In this document: positions 50,753-63,285 of the stretch, piece after piece
How positions within the stretch are numbered: the first letter of the stretch is position 1
Layout of the letters: every line of letters starts with the position of its first letter
NCBI RefSeq assembly: GCF_001194135.2
Contig: NC_068982.1
Coordinates: 188,568,516 to 188,632,515, forward strand
Length of the DNA: 64,000 nucleotides
Reading direction: 5' to 3'
From: Octopus bimaculoides
Taxonomy: Eukaryota
The notes under the pieces: model-generated
Seen by the model: the letters and a program-made list of their open reading frames with translations, nothing else
Told to the model about the DNA's origin: nothing
Database searches by the model: none
Position numbers and translations under genes: made by a program

Positions 50753-51052
50753 ATACATTGTTATTTAAAGGCCATCTTCCACACTGGCATCAGTTGGGTG
50801 GTTTGACTGGTTCCAGCCAGTGTAAAGACTGCATCATACTTCACTGTGGCAGTTTCTATGACTGGATGTCCTTAAAGCTAACCACTTTACGACATGTATT
50901 GGGTGCTTTTTACATGGTAACAGCACAAGTGGGGTCACCATACAGTTTGCAAAACTAAGGTCCCTTTCAAATGTGCGGGGCCACAGTCGAGAGGGAGGCA
51001 ACTTCAGTAGAAAATATTTTACTTCTCATAGAACTATATTGACTATTTACAC

Positions 51053-51371
51053 CAGGGGTTCCCAACCTTATTTTGCGTGTGGACCCCCTGAGAGCTATCT
51101 TATTATCTGTGGACCCCATATATGCACATGTAAATTTTTGAAATAAAATATTTGTTTGTGGGTTAATAAAAACTAACAACAAAACAATTTCGTTAAATTC
51201 ATAACATAAATTCCAAAGACAAATCGTGAAAATTTCAATATAATACAAGAACCTCTCCTAGGAAACAAAATTTTTGTATGGACCCACAAATTACAATTTG
51301 TTACACGTGGACCCCCTTAAAACTTCTGTGAACCCCTGTGGGTTCATGTAGACTCCGGTTGGAAACCCCTG
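51053..51371. mobile_element. hAT-type MITE
   Basis: TIR CAGGGGTTCCCAACC / GGTTGGAAACCCCTG with exact 8-bp TSD atttacac. Confidence 0.88.
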
Positions 51372-51909
51372 ATTTACACAGAAGACTTAATTATAGCAAG
51401 GAAGTGTAGAACCAGCCACATGTTTTGGAGAAACTGACAATAGAAAAATGGTGTACTTTGTGTCTTACTCCTACAGCAATAAGGAATTTCTAAGTCCGCA
51501 TACTAATAATGATCTCTTGAATTTGCCACCAGGGCGAAAACTAATAATGCTAACTAATCCTTAATCCCACGGTCAGTTCGTCTATTTCTTTGATAGGTGT
51601 TATTTGGATCCTTCAGAGATCCCAGAACCTTCTTTACGAGGTTAACCGGTTGGAGTGATGGTTTAGTCACCAACGATTGTTATGGCTTTACATGCTGCAT
51701 CCCGCAAATACACACACGCGGCTAAGAATTATGACTAATCAAATTTAAGAATCATTACTCAAAAATTTGACTTTAATTTCATAAATAGACAGACAAGAAT
51801 ATTATATTCCAACTCGCCATTCAAAGAAATGGCTTCGTAGTGGCAGAGGTACCTACACAACGCTAGACTAATAAATCATTCGGGTTTGTTCAATCATATC
51901 TAGTATACA

Positions 51910-52140
51910 GGCGGCGAGCTGGCAGAATCGTTAGCACGCCGGGCGAAATGCCTAGCGGTATTTCGTCTTCTGTTACGTTCTGAGTTCAAATTCCGCCGAG
52001 GTCGACTTTGCCTTTCATCCTTTCGAGGTCGATAAATTAAGTACCAGTTACGCACTGGGGTCGATGTAATCGACTTAATCTCTTTGTCTGTCCTTGTTTG
52101 TCCCCTCTATGTTTAGCCCCTTGTGGGCAATAAAGAAATA
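51910..52140 (+). mobile_element. tRNA-derived SINE with a Deu/Nin-like central domain (near-consensus copy)
   Basis: A box TGGCAGAATCG, B box GAGTTCAAATTCC, central gtcgactttgcctttcatcctttcgaggtcgataaa, tail aataaagaaata. Further copies at 25732-25967 (+), ~32590-32800 (-), ~33200-33440 (-), ~3240-3400 (+), ~58325-58450 (+). Confidence 0.8.
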
Positions 52141-54570
52141 ATATATAGTATACAGATGATAAATTAGGTAGTGACCTCGTGCCAGAGAGAGAGCAAACGG
52201 AAAACCATTGTATTACAGAAAACACAAACATCCGGAAATCAAAATAAATATTACAAAATGATGAGTAATCGACAATTTTAACAGTTGTTACGCAATTTTT
52301 GCTGGGTAATAAAAATTTCCTAAGAAGCTGTTTATTAAGGGCTGAAAATGTTTTAGATATACCATGTACTAATACATTATTACAATATTTATATATTTAG
52401 TCAATATCTGCGTGTTAAACATTCAGGCTGATCCCTTTGCTAAGAGTTGCAAAAGTTTCTTAAAATTAAGTTGGAACCAGCACCAGGATTCTAAACATTA
52501 ATACTCGATATAGAGACCTTAATTTTGTGTAACTAATTCATTCAGATTAGAAATAAACTACGAAAACGGTTACCGGTACAGTGTCTTTTGTATCTCAACA
52601 CACAGGACAAAATATCACCCAACGCCCTCATTGCCCGTTTTACGTCCGACCTACAGGGGCCCCGCCCAAACCACTTTTCCCATTTCTTCAGTCTCGGAAC
52701 GTTACCTACCAGGTTCGTTTCTTGCAGTTGTTCGAGTTGACGACTATCGTCGATAGCCTCTGACAGATTCATCTCAGGTGAAAGGAAATAAATTGAAAGA
52801 TGATAGCAAATTTCGTTTTATTTAACAGAAACGAAAAAGAAAAAAAGGATACGAAAACATTTCCCATGATTTCACTTTTACGTTTTCGAAGTGTTGTGTT
52901 AAAGAATTTTTTTTCTATGTCGTAGTAAATGTCAATGTTTCGAAGATGACTCCAAAATTAGTGTAGCATCTACTTCCTGTCTTGTTAAGGAAGCGAATGT
53001 TGATAAACTAAAACTGTCAGAATGAAAAAAAAAAGTAAACAGTCCCAAAGAGAATAAAGATTTAACCCCAGTTAGCCCTTTTTGTAAATATTAAACATTA
53101 AGGACTACTTTGTCCTTTGAGAAGAGTAACTTTTTGGAGATATGGCCACTATTTCTAACAAACAGGTCCAGCAACCGCGTAGAAAGAGGTTATGGTCAGT
53201 GGTAGACAATTACAGGAATAATTAACCAGACCAGTAGATTAGTTGTACGTTTGAAATAATAATACAGTTTCTGTAATTACTATGTCCAGCAATCGCTTAT
53301 CCAACGTTACCAGGTAATAAAGAGTAAAACAAAGGCAGAACAATTATTAGCGTAGAAAAGCCAGCGGTTTATTGAATTGAGAGAGAATAGGCTACAGCAA
53401 ACATACATTTAAAACAAAGGGTTTATTGTATATGAAATACAGAAGACTGCTTAACTACGAAGTTAGGTGGTACGGGGAAAATCTTGTCATTTTTGTTAAA
53501 ATGCTTACTTAAAGAAGTTTGTTGTTGCTATTTGAAATTGCCAACTCCATAAATAATAACGAATAATTCACACACACCTGCTGCATGAAGATTTCTCCCA
53601 GCTTCTACTTTGAATGATTCATTAGATCTCAGAAAAAAGTATTTGTTCAAAAGAACTTCAGAAAACTAGGTTATCTAATATTCATTAAATGAACAAGCAT
53701 ATATTTTACGTTGAAAGGTTTAAGATGGATTTCTAATACTAAGCGAAGTTAAATTCTTGTTAAGACCTGTATTAAAGACATATATATGGTTTATAAACCT
53801 CTTACAAAAGCTTAAACTCCAGTTATGAATCACATCTATTATATAGATAATTAGGCTATCGTAGAGGCCTTGTGCTGGAGAGATGAAAATAATCGTTAGT
53901 CTATTACAAATAATACACAAATTAAGAAAATATTAAATAAAATGAGTAACCAATACGTCATTCTCTTTTCACCTCGTAAAACACTTGACAGTTTTCAGTC
54001 ATTTTTGTTGAGTAATAAAATATATAATAATTCAAAAATGTAATTGTTATATGTGACATAGTTTTAAATATATCCGGTACAAATACAAAATTAGTCTAGA
54101 GACAATATAGAAATATTTCACATACATACCAGAAATATCAATGAAACCAGCCTCAATGAAGACTTAATTCATACATTGAAAACCCTTAGATTTGCCAGCA
54201 AACTTTTGGAAAGATATATCGAACCCAAATTTTGACTTTAACAATACGTGTATTGTCATTAATGTTTCTTCTTCTTTTCAGGGGGTGGAGGTCTCCTTGA
54301 AAGTAAATAATCAACACGTGTGTTGCGTGGCAAAGCAAGCGGGACTTTGCACGCAAGACGTAAACTGTTGTTGTAATAATGCAAGTAGCAAGGTACTTTA
54401 TTGATTAGTAATATTGTTTTGATAAATGAATTACTTGGCATACGCTGACGTGTTCTACGTCGTCGACAGCATTTGTCACTAATACAGATTCAGTTAAAAG
54501 CACAAAGGGACATGTTTGCCTGTCAGGAAGAACAGACCCCGCCACAAAAACACTGATAACAGAGACTTAC

Positions 54571-54588
54571 CTTATCCGAAGATGCCAT
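54571..54588 (-). CDS. TBC1D15: TBC1D15 coding exon 1 (MASSDK)
   Basis: caatATGGCATCTTCGGATAAG|gtaagt. Phase 0 donor matches the next exon; vertebrate exon 1 is likewise a short peptide ending in K. Confidence 0.75.
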
Positions 54589-56099
54589 ATTGCTAGAACA
54601 GGCAACTGATTAGATGGGAGGAGGATGCAGTAGAGTGTTGTGAGAGGGGGAGGGGGGATTGGTTTACGTTGTAAGCGACCTTCATCCGAAAGTAATGCTG
54701 TGTTGCTTGTCTCTTTTTAGCGTAAGATAGGTTTCGCTCTGATTTACATAAAATACTCATAAAAATTAATTATAGAATTAATTATTAATACACGTTACAG
54801 AATTAAACGATAATTCATAAATATATATATATGTGTATGTGTGTGTATATGGGGTAATCTTGACCGAAAGCGGCGTCAATTAAAATGATGGGGAATCTAC
54901 AAAACTGATATGGCTATTTACATGATGGAATGAAAGGACGAAGAAATTGTTGCATATTTTCGAAATTTATTTATTGTTCATTACAGTGTGTAATAAATAT
55001 TTATTTACTTCTTGTAGGGATAAATATACGTTTCCATTCATAAATTTCTCTTTCAAAAACTTTTAAGCAAATAATCGCTAAAATTATAACTTTTTGAATG
55101 AACTATTTTTTCTATGGAAGAAATCTTCTTTTCAACAATGCTAACTTAATAAATTAACCAACCAATAGTGCTGAGAAACGAAAGGAATAATCTATAAAAA
55201 AAAAAGAAGCCTAATAAAAAGCGTTAATTTGATTCGTTTCAGTCATTCGAGAAAACCAAGTTTTTTTATCCTCCCCCCATTATTCTTGGCTTTCACTTCA
55301 ATTGCTGCCGACTTCGTTCAAAGCTATTTGTGTGTGTGTGCGTGCGTGTTAGTTAATGAGCCATTAGTAAGGAAAGAATTTAATATTTTGATAAAACGTT
55401 TTAGATGAGAAAAGAAATATAAAATCGTCTCTGATATATTTCCCAATGTCATGAGACTAAAGATTATCGGGCTGACTGTTGTATTTTTATATTACCTAAG
55501 CGGCTAAACATTTTAAAATATATATTTTAGGTATGGTGGCACGAACAGGAGAAATAAAACTCATTACGCAAAAGCGTAGCATATATATATTTTTTTATTG
55601 CTGTTTTATCTAAGCTTCACACATACACAATAAAAACCGAATAATTCTATTATTTTTTATTAATTTCCTTTTCATCTCGCCCCCCCCCCAAGCTGTCCTC
55701 GTGACTGATGACGTCATCGGACCAGCCATTGTACTTGTTGTCGTCTGTCACAGTTTTCATCTTCCATGGTCTCTCTCTCTCTGGCTGTCCTTCCTCCTCT
55801 ACTCTAATGTAGTGTAGTAAACTCTATATTGCTTCCAACACTACTAACATTTCTCCAGACCGTCGCTGCCACCAGACAAGCAACCAACAAGCCCAAACAA
55901 CCTGTTTATTTCCTTGCTCTTCTCTGTCACTTACGCAACATTACTCTTATGATGGCCATTCGGATTATCACCACTTAACTCCTTCCACCGATGTTTTGCT
56001 TTCATCCATTCATGGTTTGCGTGTTCTGAATACAAACACGTCCTTCTCTAAGCCCACTCAGTCATTATACAACCCCAACAGTCAAAACATCTCAGCAAA

Positions 56100-56134
<35 letters not shown>

Positions 56135-56308
56135 AAATACCAACACAGACACACACCAGGTTAAAGATACCAACAACCAGCAACACTCAGTCACGCACAC
56201 AACTTGCCCAATATTTCACCATTACATACACACACTCACAATATACCAATAATATAATATATATATACGTATTTCTGAGCTGTCTAGTTCTCCTATTGAG
56301 GAGGCACC
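54589..56308. promoter_or_regulatory. Putative shared (bidirectional) promoter/5' UTR region of TBC1D15 and RAB21
   Basis: 1,720 bp between divergent start codons. Richer in CpG than the introns and lacks the SINE/LINE copies seen elsewhere. TSS positions unknown. Confidence 0.6.
55707..55718. promoter_or_regulatory. Perfect CRE/ATF-type palindrome GATGACGTCATC
   Basis: TGACGTCA core extended to a 12-bp palindrome between the two start codons. Function inferred only. Confidence 0.45.
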
Positions 56309-56464
56309 ATGGCCAACAGTGGCCTTGTTGGAGGACATGCAAGTGCGTCTCATAACTATTCTTTCAAGATTGTTTTGTTAGGCGAGGGTTGTGTAGGCAA
56401 AACCTCTTTGATTCTTCGTTACGTTGAGAACAAATTTAACGACAAACACTTCTCGACATTACAG
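56309..56464 (+). CDS. RAB21: RAB21 small GTPase, coding exon 1 (MANSGLVGGHASASHNYSFKIVLLGEGCVGKTSLILRYVENKFNDKHFSTLQ)
   Basis: Kozak gcaccATGG, P-loop GEGCVGKTS and ENKFNDKH..TLQ typical of Rab21; donor CAG|gtaagc. Not present in the supplied ORF track. Confidence 0.93.
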
Positions 56465-56539
56465 GTAAGCTAACACACCTCTACTTTATTATTGTTCGTT
56501 TTTTTTTTCGATTATCATGATGTTTTTTTTCTTCATTTT

Positions 56540-57335
56540 AGTAATTAACTCCTTGTTTAGCCCCTGGTCAAAAGGCCTATGGTATTAAAGAAACATTCTA
56601 GCTGTGACAATCCCATTTTTTTTTTTAAAGACGGATTATATCATACATAATTAAGTAGGACCATGTTATTTAATATGCCCTTCCTGTTCACCCCACTCCC
56701 ACCCAAAAACATCCCATAGGGTGTGATATGAGGAGATTTGGCTGCTATATTTAGCGGTCAGAGTAACACGGTAGAAGCTTTCTCGTTGGATCGTCAATGG
56801 CTGTTGTTTAGCTGTAGATCCACTACTATGAAACAGACCTATGATCAAGGATATTCCGGACGTGACCATCCTATGTTAATAGCTGTGGGGAGTACGACAT
56901 TTGCTACTAATGTATCCTTGTTTTATATAAGACGATAGGGTACGATTTGGCTGCTATTTTTAGCAAAGCAGCACAAGGCTTCATTGGATCGTCAATGGCT
57001 GTTGCTTTATCGCATGAAACCGACTTAGGATCAAAAGTATTCCATATGTGACCATCCTGTCTTTGATGCTTGAAGGACTAAAATTAGCCAATAATATGTC
57101 CTTCGCAAAACGGTAGGGTGTAATTTGAGGGAGATTTGGCATGTATATCTAGCAATTAGACGCTTATTCGTTGGATCGTTAATGGCTGTTGCTTCACCAC
57201 AGGTCAACTTTCGTGAAACAAGACCTATGATAAGAGGTGTTCGAGATGTGACCATCCTATGTTTTTAAATGGGCGGAAGGCTGCAACATAAGCTATTATC
57301 TGATGGGGGGATTAAGCTGCTATTTCTAGCAAGAG
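56540..57335 (-). repeat. Degenerate tandem array (~190-200 bp unit, ~4 units) in RAB21 intron 1
   Basis: ttggatcgt(c/t)aatggctgttg recurs at ~56787, ~56985 and ~57171; gtgaccatcct and gatttggctgctat recur once per unit. Confidence 0.75.
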
Positions 57336-59945
57336 TTGAACTTCGGTTCGTTAGTGATTCAGGAAGGTTGAAACCGTATTTAGTTTCGTCGTTCTTCGTT
57401 CAAGATCAATAAATCCAGCTATGGTTATATACTAGGAGTAGGGGGGGGGGTCCATTGGCTGTTATGTCTGTGAGAAACTAGATGGGGCTGTAAAGAGCCC
57501 CCCTCTCTCTCTTCATTCTGATCCAGTTTCCTTCGGGGGTGGTGAAATAAGAAACAACCAACGAGGGAGTCTCCTTTATGACCCACTAGAAATAACAGCA
57601 AAACTTCTCAAATCACACTTTAATCGTTATATAAAAATGAGGATATAATGAATGTGGCAGTAACAGATAACACGGTGTTCTGAATCTTGGACTCTGTGTG
57701 TGATAAATTTACTCAATGAGTGCTGACCTTGGGTTAAACAACAGCAGCAGCAGCATGTGTAGTTGGAAATGCTTATGATTCATAGGTGGCTTCTGTTTGA
57801 CCTCGGGCTAAACAACATGATTGTCAATATGCTTCGTGTACCATTCAAGTAGTTTCTTCTTACACGGTCATTAAACTTGAGCTAAAAAATTCTGCTCAAA
57901 TCTTCCATTTGCTTTTTATTTCTTTTTGTTACATTTAACATGAAATATAAAAAAATATTGCAATTTTTACTCTACATGAGTAAACAATTAATGAATTGAT
58001 CAATGATGGAGTTTCTGATTCCAACTCCCCTCGTGGGGTAAGGAAAATATTACGAAAGGAACAAGGTACAGAGTGTTGTAAATGTTATAGTGAAAAATTG
58101 AATTTATATTTTATTTTTAGCAATATAATTTCTGTTGTATGACACAGAAATAGCAAAAATAATTGGTTTTATTTCTATATTTACTGACAAAGACGAAAAT
58201 ATAGACAGTGAGTCTGAAAAGTAGCCGAGTTAACTGAAGTGGTTTATAATAAACACTACCACCATCACAAGTTTTTAGTTCCTTTTTCTTCAATTTGTTT
58301 GATGTGAAACATTTTTAAAAAATGTTCCGAGTTCAAATTCTGCCGAGGTCGACTTTGCCGTTTATCTCTTCGGGGTCGATAAAATAAGTACCAGTTAAAC
58401 ACTGGAGTTTCCCTTCCCCGAAACTGCTGGCCTTGAACCGAAGTTTGAAACTATTGTTATCGTTATTATTATTATTATTTTGTCACCTGCTTCTGTAGTA
58501 CAAAGGAATAAAGTTTTAACATTTAACCGAGAAGTTTCTAGTAAAACTTAAAACATACAAATGACATTTTATTTCATGCTTGTTTCAATCATTGGACTGC
58601 AGCCATGTTGAGGCACATCCTCGAAGAGTTTAACCAAACAAATCGCCTCCAGTGCTTATTTTTTTTAATGTAGTACTCATTCTGTCGGTCTTTTTTGCCA
58701 AACCGCTTGGTTAGGGGGGACACAACCCAACATCGCTTTCCAAGACATGCACACACATAATGGGCTTCAGCTGAGTTTCTGCTTACCAAATTCACTCGTA
58801 ATGCAATTGGTTGGCCCAGCGCCATTTGCCCAAGGTGCCATGCATTGAGAGTGGGACTGAACTCGAAGCTGTGTGGTTGTAAAGTGATCTCAGTTGTAAC
58901 ATTGTTCATCTAAAATAAAATAAGTTGGTTAAACCAGTGACAAACAAGCAGTGGTTCCTAACTGGAGGTGTGTGGCACTTTGGGCAAATATCTTCTGCAA
59001 TAGCCCCAGGCTGACCAACTATGGTTGGATTTGGTTGACAAAAACTGAAAGAATCCTGTCTGTGTGTGTTTGTACCCCACCACCACTTGACAACCAATGT
59101 TGGTGTGTTTACATCCCTTTAACTTAGTGGTTCGGCAAAAGAGACTGATAGAATGAGTAGAAGGCTTTAAAAAATAAGTACTTGGATCGATTCATTCGCC
59201 TAAAGGATCTTTGAGGTGATGCCCCAGCATGGCCACAGTCTAATGACTGAAATGAGTAAAAGATGAAAAATAATAATATATATATATATCATCAAGACTC
59301 CATTGAATGGCTCTGGAGGTTCTGTAGAATAAAACAGGAATTAAAGTGGTCCCTAGGTAGAAAAAATGGTTAGCCACAGCATCGCTCTAAATACTGGAAA
59401 TAACAGCCAACTCTTCCCTCATGTCATTTTCTGACATCTTTAAAACTCTGCATTTTATTTTGTATGAGAAACCTTCATTTTTATACTTCAACCTGAATTT
59501 ATGAGTAAAAAGTTTCCATTATCACAATTTTTAATTGTTTTCTTTTTATATATATATTTTTTTAATGAATCAGCTGTTACATTTGTTTAGAAAAATCTGT
59601 TGACAAGTGTGGTGAATACACAGATTGATGGTAGCTCTGTTAGTATGGCTCAGTAACTATTTGGGAAATGGAAAGCTCTTTTTATTTTTTACTTGTGTCA
59701 GTCGTGAAACTGCGGCCGTGCTGAGGCACAGCCTTGAAGAATTTTTAGTTGACCAAATCAACCCCAGTACCTATTTTTTTCTTTTTTAAGCCTGGTATTT
59801 ATTCTATAGGTCATTTTTGCTGAATCATTAAGTTATGGGGACATAAACACACCAACACCAGTTGTCAGGCAGTGGTGGGGTACGAACACAGGTACAAAGA
59901 CACACATTCCCACACACACACACTCTGCACGGTAGAATGTAAATG

Positions 59946-60460
59946 ACTTAAGAGGCATCAGATGTTGTGTGCAAGAGAGAAAACTGGTTTGGTCATGTCA
60001 TGCGTATGGATGAGGACAGCTGCATAAACAAGTGCTGAGCTCTGGTTGTGGAGGGTACCTGTGGAAGGGGTAGACCCAGGAAGACATGGGATAAAGGGGT
60101 GAGAAAGGATCTTTGGATGCTGAGCCTCACTGAGGAAATAAGGGACCGGGAGAGATGTGTTTTGCTGTATTTTGATAAAACATGTCAAGCTAAGTAAAAC
60201 TGCCGTCTTCCACACATACAGGCTTGGCCTTTGCAGGTGCCAGTGCCACTTAAACGGCACCTGTGCTGGTGCTGTGTAAATGCACCCATGCCGGTGGCAC
60301 ATTAAAAGGAACCCAGCATGATCTGTTAAGTGGTTGGCATTAGGAAGGGCATCCAGCTGTAGAAACCATGTCACAACAGACGATTGGAGTCTGGGCAGCT
60401 CCCAGCTCCATTTCAAACCATCCAACCGATGCCAGCATGGAAAGTGGATGTTAAATGATG
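59946..60460 (+). mobile_element. RTE LINE 3' fragment in RAB21 intron 1
   Basis: CCVQERKLVWSCHAYG... decayed ORF2 end plus the conserved ggaagggcatccagctgtagaaa tail. Confidence 0.8.
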
Positions 60461-62957
60461 TTGTTGATATATATACAATCAGCTTCTTTCAGTTTCCATC
60501 TACCAAATTCATTCAGAGGACTGTGGTTGGCCTGAGGCTATAGTAGGAGACATTTGGCCAAGGTGCCACAGAATGGGAGTGAACCTGGAATCCTGTGGCT
60601 GGGAAGCAAACCTCTTACCACACAGTCACCATCTAGTCATATGGTGTTCTACAAGGAGGCCTATATGAATCACCTGTCATAATGACTTTCAGGTTTTTTT
60701 GGGGGGGGGGTTTGTTTTACTAATTTAAAGTTATATGCTGGTCATGCAAAAATACATTTATTTATTGATACCAATTCAGTTTTATATAATTCTAAAATTT
60801 GATCTCCACTGGTTCTTAATAAAATTTGCATTTGTTTTCGGCTGTCCAAAAATGTTCGGTTTAACATCTTGGTTTCAAAATAATTAATAGTAATTATTTC
60901 TGACCTGGGAATTCTTGTAACTGAAGATTTGATGTTTACATTACATTGGTGGTTCTCAATCAGAGTCTGTTTGACATTTGAGGGCCCTGCTGCCAAAACA
61001 GTCTCAGAAGTCTTGTGCTGGCTTTGGCCTGGCCAGCTCCTGTCAAATTGTCCCACCCATTCCAGCATGGAAGGCAGACGTTAAACGGTGATGATTTCTT
61101 TTAAACATTGAATGTTTATAAAGGTCCAGTAGAGCAAAATAGGATTCAAAGGGGTCCATCATCATCATCATCATCATTTAGCGTCCATTTTCCATGCTGG
61201 CATGGGTTGAACGGTTTGACTGGGGACTGCACCAGTCTCCAATCTGATCTGGCAGTGTTTCAACAGCTGGATGCCCTTCCTAACGCCAACGACTCCAAGA
61301 GTGTAGTGGGTGCATTTTACGTGCCACCAGCATGGGGAGCCAGTCAGGTGGCACTGGCAACAACCCACGCATGAATGATGCTTATTGCGTGCTGCCAGCA
61401 TGAGTCCATAAGTAAAAAATGGTCAAGAACCATTATATTGCACTGAGCTATGGCAGTCCACTTCCAAAGTGTTTCTTAAGAGCAAAATTTAATCTCTTTA
61501 GTAGGGTGGGGTAGGCAGTGCCCTTGTGCCTTCACAGGGCCCATGTGACTCGTGAGAAGGAAGAAGGTATCCTCAGGCCAGATGCCCGAACTGAATGCTT
61601 ACAACAAGCTGGATTCCATTAAAGATGCTAGGTCAGTGGCATTAAACCAGGTAATGGATTGATCACAAAATCGTCTTGTCACGGAGATCTTTAAGTCCTT
61701 ACATGTTAACAGCTATTGACCGTGTTGAGTGAGGGCAGTGTTCTTTTATTTATCTAGATCATTTAAAAAATTCTGACCCTTAAAGAAAGAAATTAGCTTC
61801 CCAACCACATGTTTCCAGGTTCAATCCCATGGCATGGCACTTTAGGCATGTGAAGATAACCAGTGCTGGTATGTTCACATCCACAAACCTAGCTGTTCAG
61901 CAAAAGAGACCAATAGAATAAGTATCATCATCATTTAACATCTGTCATCCATGCTGGCATGGGTTGGACGGTTTGACCAGGGATGGCAAGCTGCAAGGCT
62001 GCACCAGGCTCCAGTCTGATTTGGCATGGTTTCTACGGTTGGATGTCCTTCCTAATGCCAACCACTCTGAGAGTGTAATGGGTGCTTTTGTGTGCTGTCT
62101 ACGTGGCACCAGTATCTGTCATGACTGTAGTTTATTTGGCTTCATGGGTCTTCTTCTCAAACACAACATAATGCCATAGGCTTCGGTCATTGCCTCTTTA
62201 AAGCCCAACATTCGGAAGGAGCTTGGTCTCAGCCCTTGCTTGTGTGACACTTTAAAAAAGAAAGTTCTGGGGTCAGTTCATTCAACTAAAATCCTTCAAG
62301 GCAGTGTCTTTGGAATGGTTGCAGTCTAATGACTGAAACAAGCAATAGATAAAAGTTGAGTATTTTCCTTAATGATTTGTTTTTCAAAAGTGTAATAATT
62401 TTGATACAAGATGTCTAAGAATTTTTTGTTGGCATTCCTTTGATATTGGTCTACAGTGTGCCAATGTGAAGAAATGGTGTCATTCACCCTCCTTTTTCAG
62501 CCTAGCCTCTTTATCTACATCCTGAGGGATGGTTGTGTGGGTGAATGACGTATACCAATGCCAAAGGATTACCATTCTGTTTTACAAATGGAACTGTCTC
62601 AATGTGAATCAGAAAATCTGATTACGATGGATAATTCAAACATTGTTTTGTATGTCTTGGGAATTTTCTGAAAGGTAGGGTTATGTTTTGACTCTTTGAG
62701 ATTAGTCTAACCCATGCTAGCATGAAAAAATAGACAAAAAGGAAAAGGAATTTATTCATTTTGTTGACAGTGCCATAGAAATTTTATCAATAGTCATCGG
62801 CCTTAATTATTAATACTAGCTCTATGCTTGTGGTGAATCCTTTCTTTAGATGATGTTCAGTCTTTATGAAAAAAAAAAAAAAGGTCCTTTATGCAAGTTA
62901 AACAAGACAGAAAAAGGAGAGGTGCTACGAGGTGTGGTCGATTGGGTGGAATATATA

Positions 62958-63285
62958 GGCACAGGAGTGGCTGTGTGGTAAGAAGCTTGCTTCCCGACCA
63001 CATGGTTCCTAGTTCAGTCTCACTGCGTGGCACCTTGAGCAAGTGTTTTCTACTATAGCCTCGAGACGACCAAAGCCTTTGGATTGGATTTGGTAGATGG
63101 AAACTGAAAAGAAGTGCATCGTGTGTGTCCCACCATCGCTTGACAACCGATGTTGGTGTGTTTACGTCCCCGTCACTTAGCAGTTCAGCAGAGAGAGACC
63201 GATAGAATAAGTACTAACCTTACAAAGAATAAGCCCTGAGGTCGATATTTGTTTGACTAAGGGCGGTGCTCCAGCATAGCCGCAT
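62958..63285 (+). mobile_element. tRNA-derived CORE-like SINE; representative (also ~22945-23330 -, 26006-26285 +, 28545-28905 +, 33600-33970 -, 37220-37600 +, 39893-40295 +, 44030-44390 -, 58565-58880 -, 58930-59270 +, 59690-59920 -, 63600-63934 -)
   Basis: Head ggcgcaggagtggctgtgtggtaag...ggttcagtccc, CORE-like accttgggcaagtgtcttct, internal (TA)n/(TG)n, tail ccagcatggccgcagtc...gactgaaac. Confidence 0.8.

Larger units (their letters stand above)
623..54588 (-). other. TBC1D15: TBC1D15/TBC1D17-family Rab GTPase-activating protein gene (15 coding exons, ATG to stop)
   Basis: Manually translated exons join in frame through GT-AG introns into a protein of about 620-630 aa. It is colinear with my recollection of human TBC1D15, including the arginine finger IEKDVSRTDR and the glutamine finger YVQGMSDLL. 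Confidence 0.95.

Noticed and set aside
52542-52772. 76-aa minus-strand ORF (MNLSEAIDDSRQ...)
   Set aside because: No recognisable homology and no splice sites fitting the TBC1D15 phase. The region is kept only as a CpG-rich candidate promoter.
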